Source: Ruditapes philippinarum
Lineage: Eukaryota
Direction: 5' to 3'
Length of the DNA stretch: 64,000 bases
Assembly: GCF_026571515.1 (NCBI RefSeq)
Contig: NW_026865113.1
Coordinates: 434,001-498,000 of the forward strand
Both the position numbers and the translations under genes were made by a program. The notes under the pieces were generated by a model, which was not told the DNA's origin, ran no database searches, and saw nothing but the letters and a program-made list of their open reading frames with translations. Below, piece by piece: positions 63,101-64,000 of this stretch; position 1 is the stretch's first letter, and each line of letters starts with the position of its first letter.

Positions 63101-63929
63101 AAATGTTTAAAACATATGTATGTATGTTATAGATACCTGTTTGGACCCTGAAAAAGTCAATTATTAGTAATTATCATGCTTATTGAAGTTATTCGCTAGT
63201 CGTGGCGTAAACAATAATATTTACAGTTTGCGTACATTGAATGATTTTATTTGCTTGGAGAAAGTGTAATCCTTTGTTAAAAGTACAATAGTGATCAAGC
63301 GCTACATTGATAAACAGCTGTTATGTTGTTATAATGAAAACGATGTACTGTCCGATACTTTGTATTCGCGAACATTTCTAGGAATACAGTATTTCTTTTA
63401 ATGTCCTGGATCTCATACTTGTCTTGGTAAAGTTTTTCTGCCATTATCGCCGGTTCAGTTGTTACAGTTGTTTCCATTATTTCAGGATGTACATGTATGT
63501 TAATATCAGGTTTTTGTTCATCATTACGCTCCACAGGAGTGCTGAAACAATGTTATAACAACGCCATTAATCTACACAAAACCTCTTCTTAAAGTATCTT
63601 CTGATAATTAAAAGCCCAATGACAATTTATGAACGATGTATTTAAGTAATATTGATCCCAATACCAAAAATCAACTTCTTTAATATTTTTTCATAATGAA
63701 CAAACTCCAGTTACAGAAATGAAGTGTTCAATTGTTAAAATGTCTAAAATGTCTTGAATGCCATACCATACTTCTTTATCAAGCTCTTCTGAAACTATCT
63801 CATGTGCAACTTGAGGTTCTTCATTTTCTTCAAAATGGGCTAGTTTGTCATCATCGAGATTTCCTTCCTCAATAGGTACGACTATATCACTAGAACGACA
63901 TTTTTTAAAGACACTATTTAACCAAAAAT
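53827..63929 (-). CDS. GBP: Guanylate-binding protein gene (12 coding exons in the window, about 760 codons, 5' end outside the window)
   Basis: G1 GLYRTGKS, G2 SCTKGIW, G3 DTEG, G4 VRDF, helical and coiled-coil C-terminus and CaaX CYLS. The exons join in one uninterrupted frame (2282 nt, all phases compatible). Confidence 0.93.
54360..55138 (+). mobile_element. Degenerate HINE with core repeats of about 160 bp in the last GBP intron
   Basis: Recurrent acttgcatgccaaa..acag and aaggggcata..aattgattgca units. Ends ggacagacggacagacaacgccatacaataatacgtcc..ggataaaaa. Confidence 0.65.
55311..55407 (-). CDS. GBP: GBP exon (97 nt; RIKAQHDFESKMIHENKLMMTEDKKLSEKESK)
   Basis: ttgcag| acceptor, |gtatag donor, phase 0 to 1. 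Similar to the GBP AILQTDQTLTEKEK segment. Not in the ORF track. Confidence 0.85.
56645..56866 (-). CDS. GBP: GBP exon (222 nt)
   Basis: ttttttgcag| acceptor, |gtattg donor; GKYATSGGHDVY motif. Confidence 0.9.
57218..57495 (-). CDS. GBP: GBP exon (278 nt)
   Basis: tattatag| acceptor, |gtaaaa donor; YVTTISDGNVPCVEDAM..ARQEN. Confidence 0.9.
57968..58389 (-). CDS. GBP: GBP exon (422 nt; G4 motif)
   Basis: YVTMLSQNIK..PQFVLCVRDFNLEL..TADEYLE..YNRPRECIKRYF..FTFDRP; donor |gtaagt. Confidence 0.92.
58390..58888 (-). other. U12-type (minor spliceosome) intron with GT-AT termini
   Basis: 5' splice site GTATCCTTTT at 58888, branch site taCCTTAAC at 58408-58400, and 10 nt later the frame-preserving 3' end ...ataAT|. 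Confidence 0.8.
58889..58998 (-). CDS. GBP: GBP exon (110 nt; GDIDHDNKIFTLTTLISSTLVYNVMSAFNQDAVEKL)
   Basis: ctttgtag| acceptor; GBP motif D..IF.L..L.SST.VYN. Not in the ORF track. Confidence 0.92.
59451..59578 (-). CDS. GBP: GBP exon (128 nt; G2/G3: GFMMGSSIDSCTKGIWAWCRPHPKKQNEVLLLLDTEGLGDATK)
   Basis: ttttag| acceptor, |gtgatt donor, canonical motifs. Not in the ORF track. Confidence 0.95.
59818..60170 (-). mobile_element. Kolobok-like MITE, copy 3 (in a GBP intron)
   Basis: TTAA|AGATCCT...TACAGAATCT|TTAA; reverse-complement homologue of 18869-19226. Confidence 0.8.
60730..60917 (-). CDS. GBP: GBP exon with P-loop (EQDWIFEKPMCLI...VVAIAGLYRTGKSYLMNRLAG)
   Basis: atttgtag| acceptor (the most 3' of four copies), |gtaggt donor, phase 2 to 1. 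Confidence 0.93.
60873..61140. repeat. 75-bp tandem repeat (about 3.5 copies) spanning the GBP intron/exon junction
   Basis: Units start at 60873, 60948, 61023 and 61098. The last unit has a 16-nt deletion. Confidence 0.95.
61517..61624 (-). CDS. GBP: GBP N-terminal extension exon (108 nt, phase 2-2)
   Basis: cttttcag| acceptor, |gtatga donor; TTSVGRNDEQKPNAG...SEELDKD. Confidence 0.75.
61740..61905. repeat. A/C-rich low-complexity, (AAAC)n-like tract
   Basis: aacaaacaaataaacaaacaaacagcaaacaaacaaac. Confidence 0.8.
62611..62730 (-). CDS. GBP: GBP N-terminal extension exon (120 nt, phase 2-2)
   Basis: cgctgtag| acceptor, |gtataa donor; SSDGPNVKQSSDTD...EQKILSKKLDKN. Confidence 0.7.
62899..63389. 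mobile_element. Tc1/mariner-type MITE with TA TSD
   Basis: TA|CTGTATTCCTAGAAA ... TTTCTAGGAATACAG|TA, a perfect 15-bp TIR. Confidence 0.85.
63419..63541 (-). CDS. GBP: GBP N-terminal extension exon (123 nt, phase 2-2)
   Basis: tgtttcag| acceptor, |gtatga donor; TPVERNDEQKPDIN...AEKLYQD. Confidence 0.75.
63767..63929 (-). CDS. GBP: GBP N-terminal extension exon (163 nt, phase 1-2)
   Basis: tgtttccag| acceptor. The second GTATGG donor gives phase 2. FWLNSVFKK...IVSEELDKE. No Met, so an upstream exon lies outside the window. Confidence 0.6.
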
Positions 63930-64000
63930 CTGGAAACAAAGTGATCCCACGGAAGCATTAGTCTTCAAACTATGTTATTACAATGCCATCGTTTAACCAT

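Overview
AT-rich eukaryotic genomic DNA, inferred to be from a bivalve mollusc (SINE, Helentron-type and Kolobok-type repeat repertoire). There are no prokaryotic features. Host genes: (1) two tandem copies of a divergent BTB-BACK protein gene, one a pseudogene (646-2372) and one that I reconstruct as three exons (4525-4635, 17068-17155, 20045-21642); (2) a ninjurin-family gene (31792-32685) with a long N-terminal extension; (3) a decayed multi-exon gene of unknown family on the minus strand (about 37340-39382); (4) a 12-exon guanylate-binding protein (GBP) gene on the minus strand (53827-63929, 5' end outside the window). The GBP gene has a CaaX tail, a GT-AT minor-spliceosome intron, a tandemly multiplied splice acceptor and an N-terminal extension built from repeated symmetrical exons. 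The rest is mostly mobile DNA: a dead Ngaro/PAT-type tyrosine-recombinase retrotransposon with split direct repeats containing nested TIR elements, two degenerate LINEs, a solo LTR carrying an array of covarying RNA hairpins, Helentron-type elements, and MITEs and SINEs. The most notable observations are the GBP plus ninjurin neighbourhood (a possible invertebrate lytic-immunity locus), the unusual splicing architecture of the GBP gene, and the hairpin array in the LTR. All calls were made by eye and no database searches were run.
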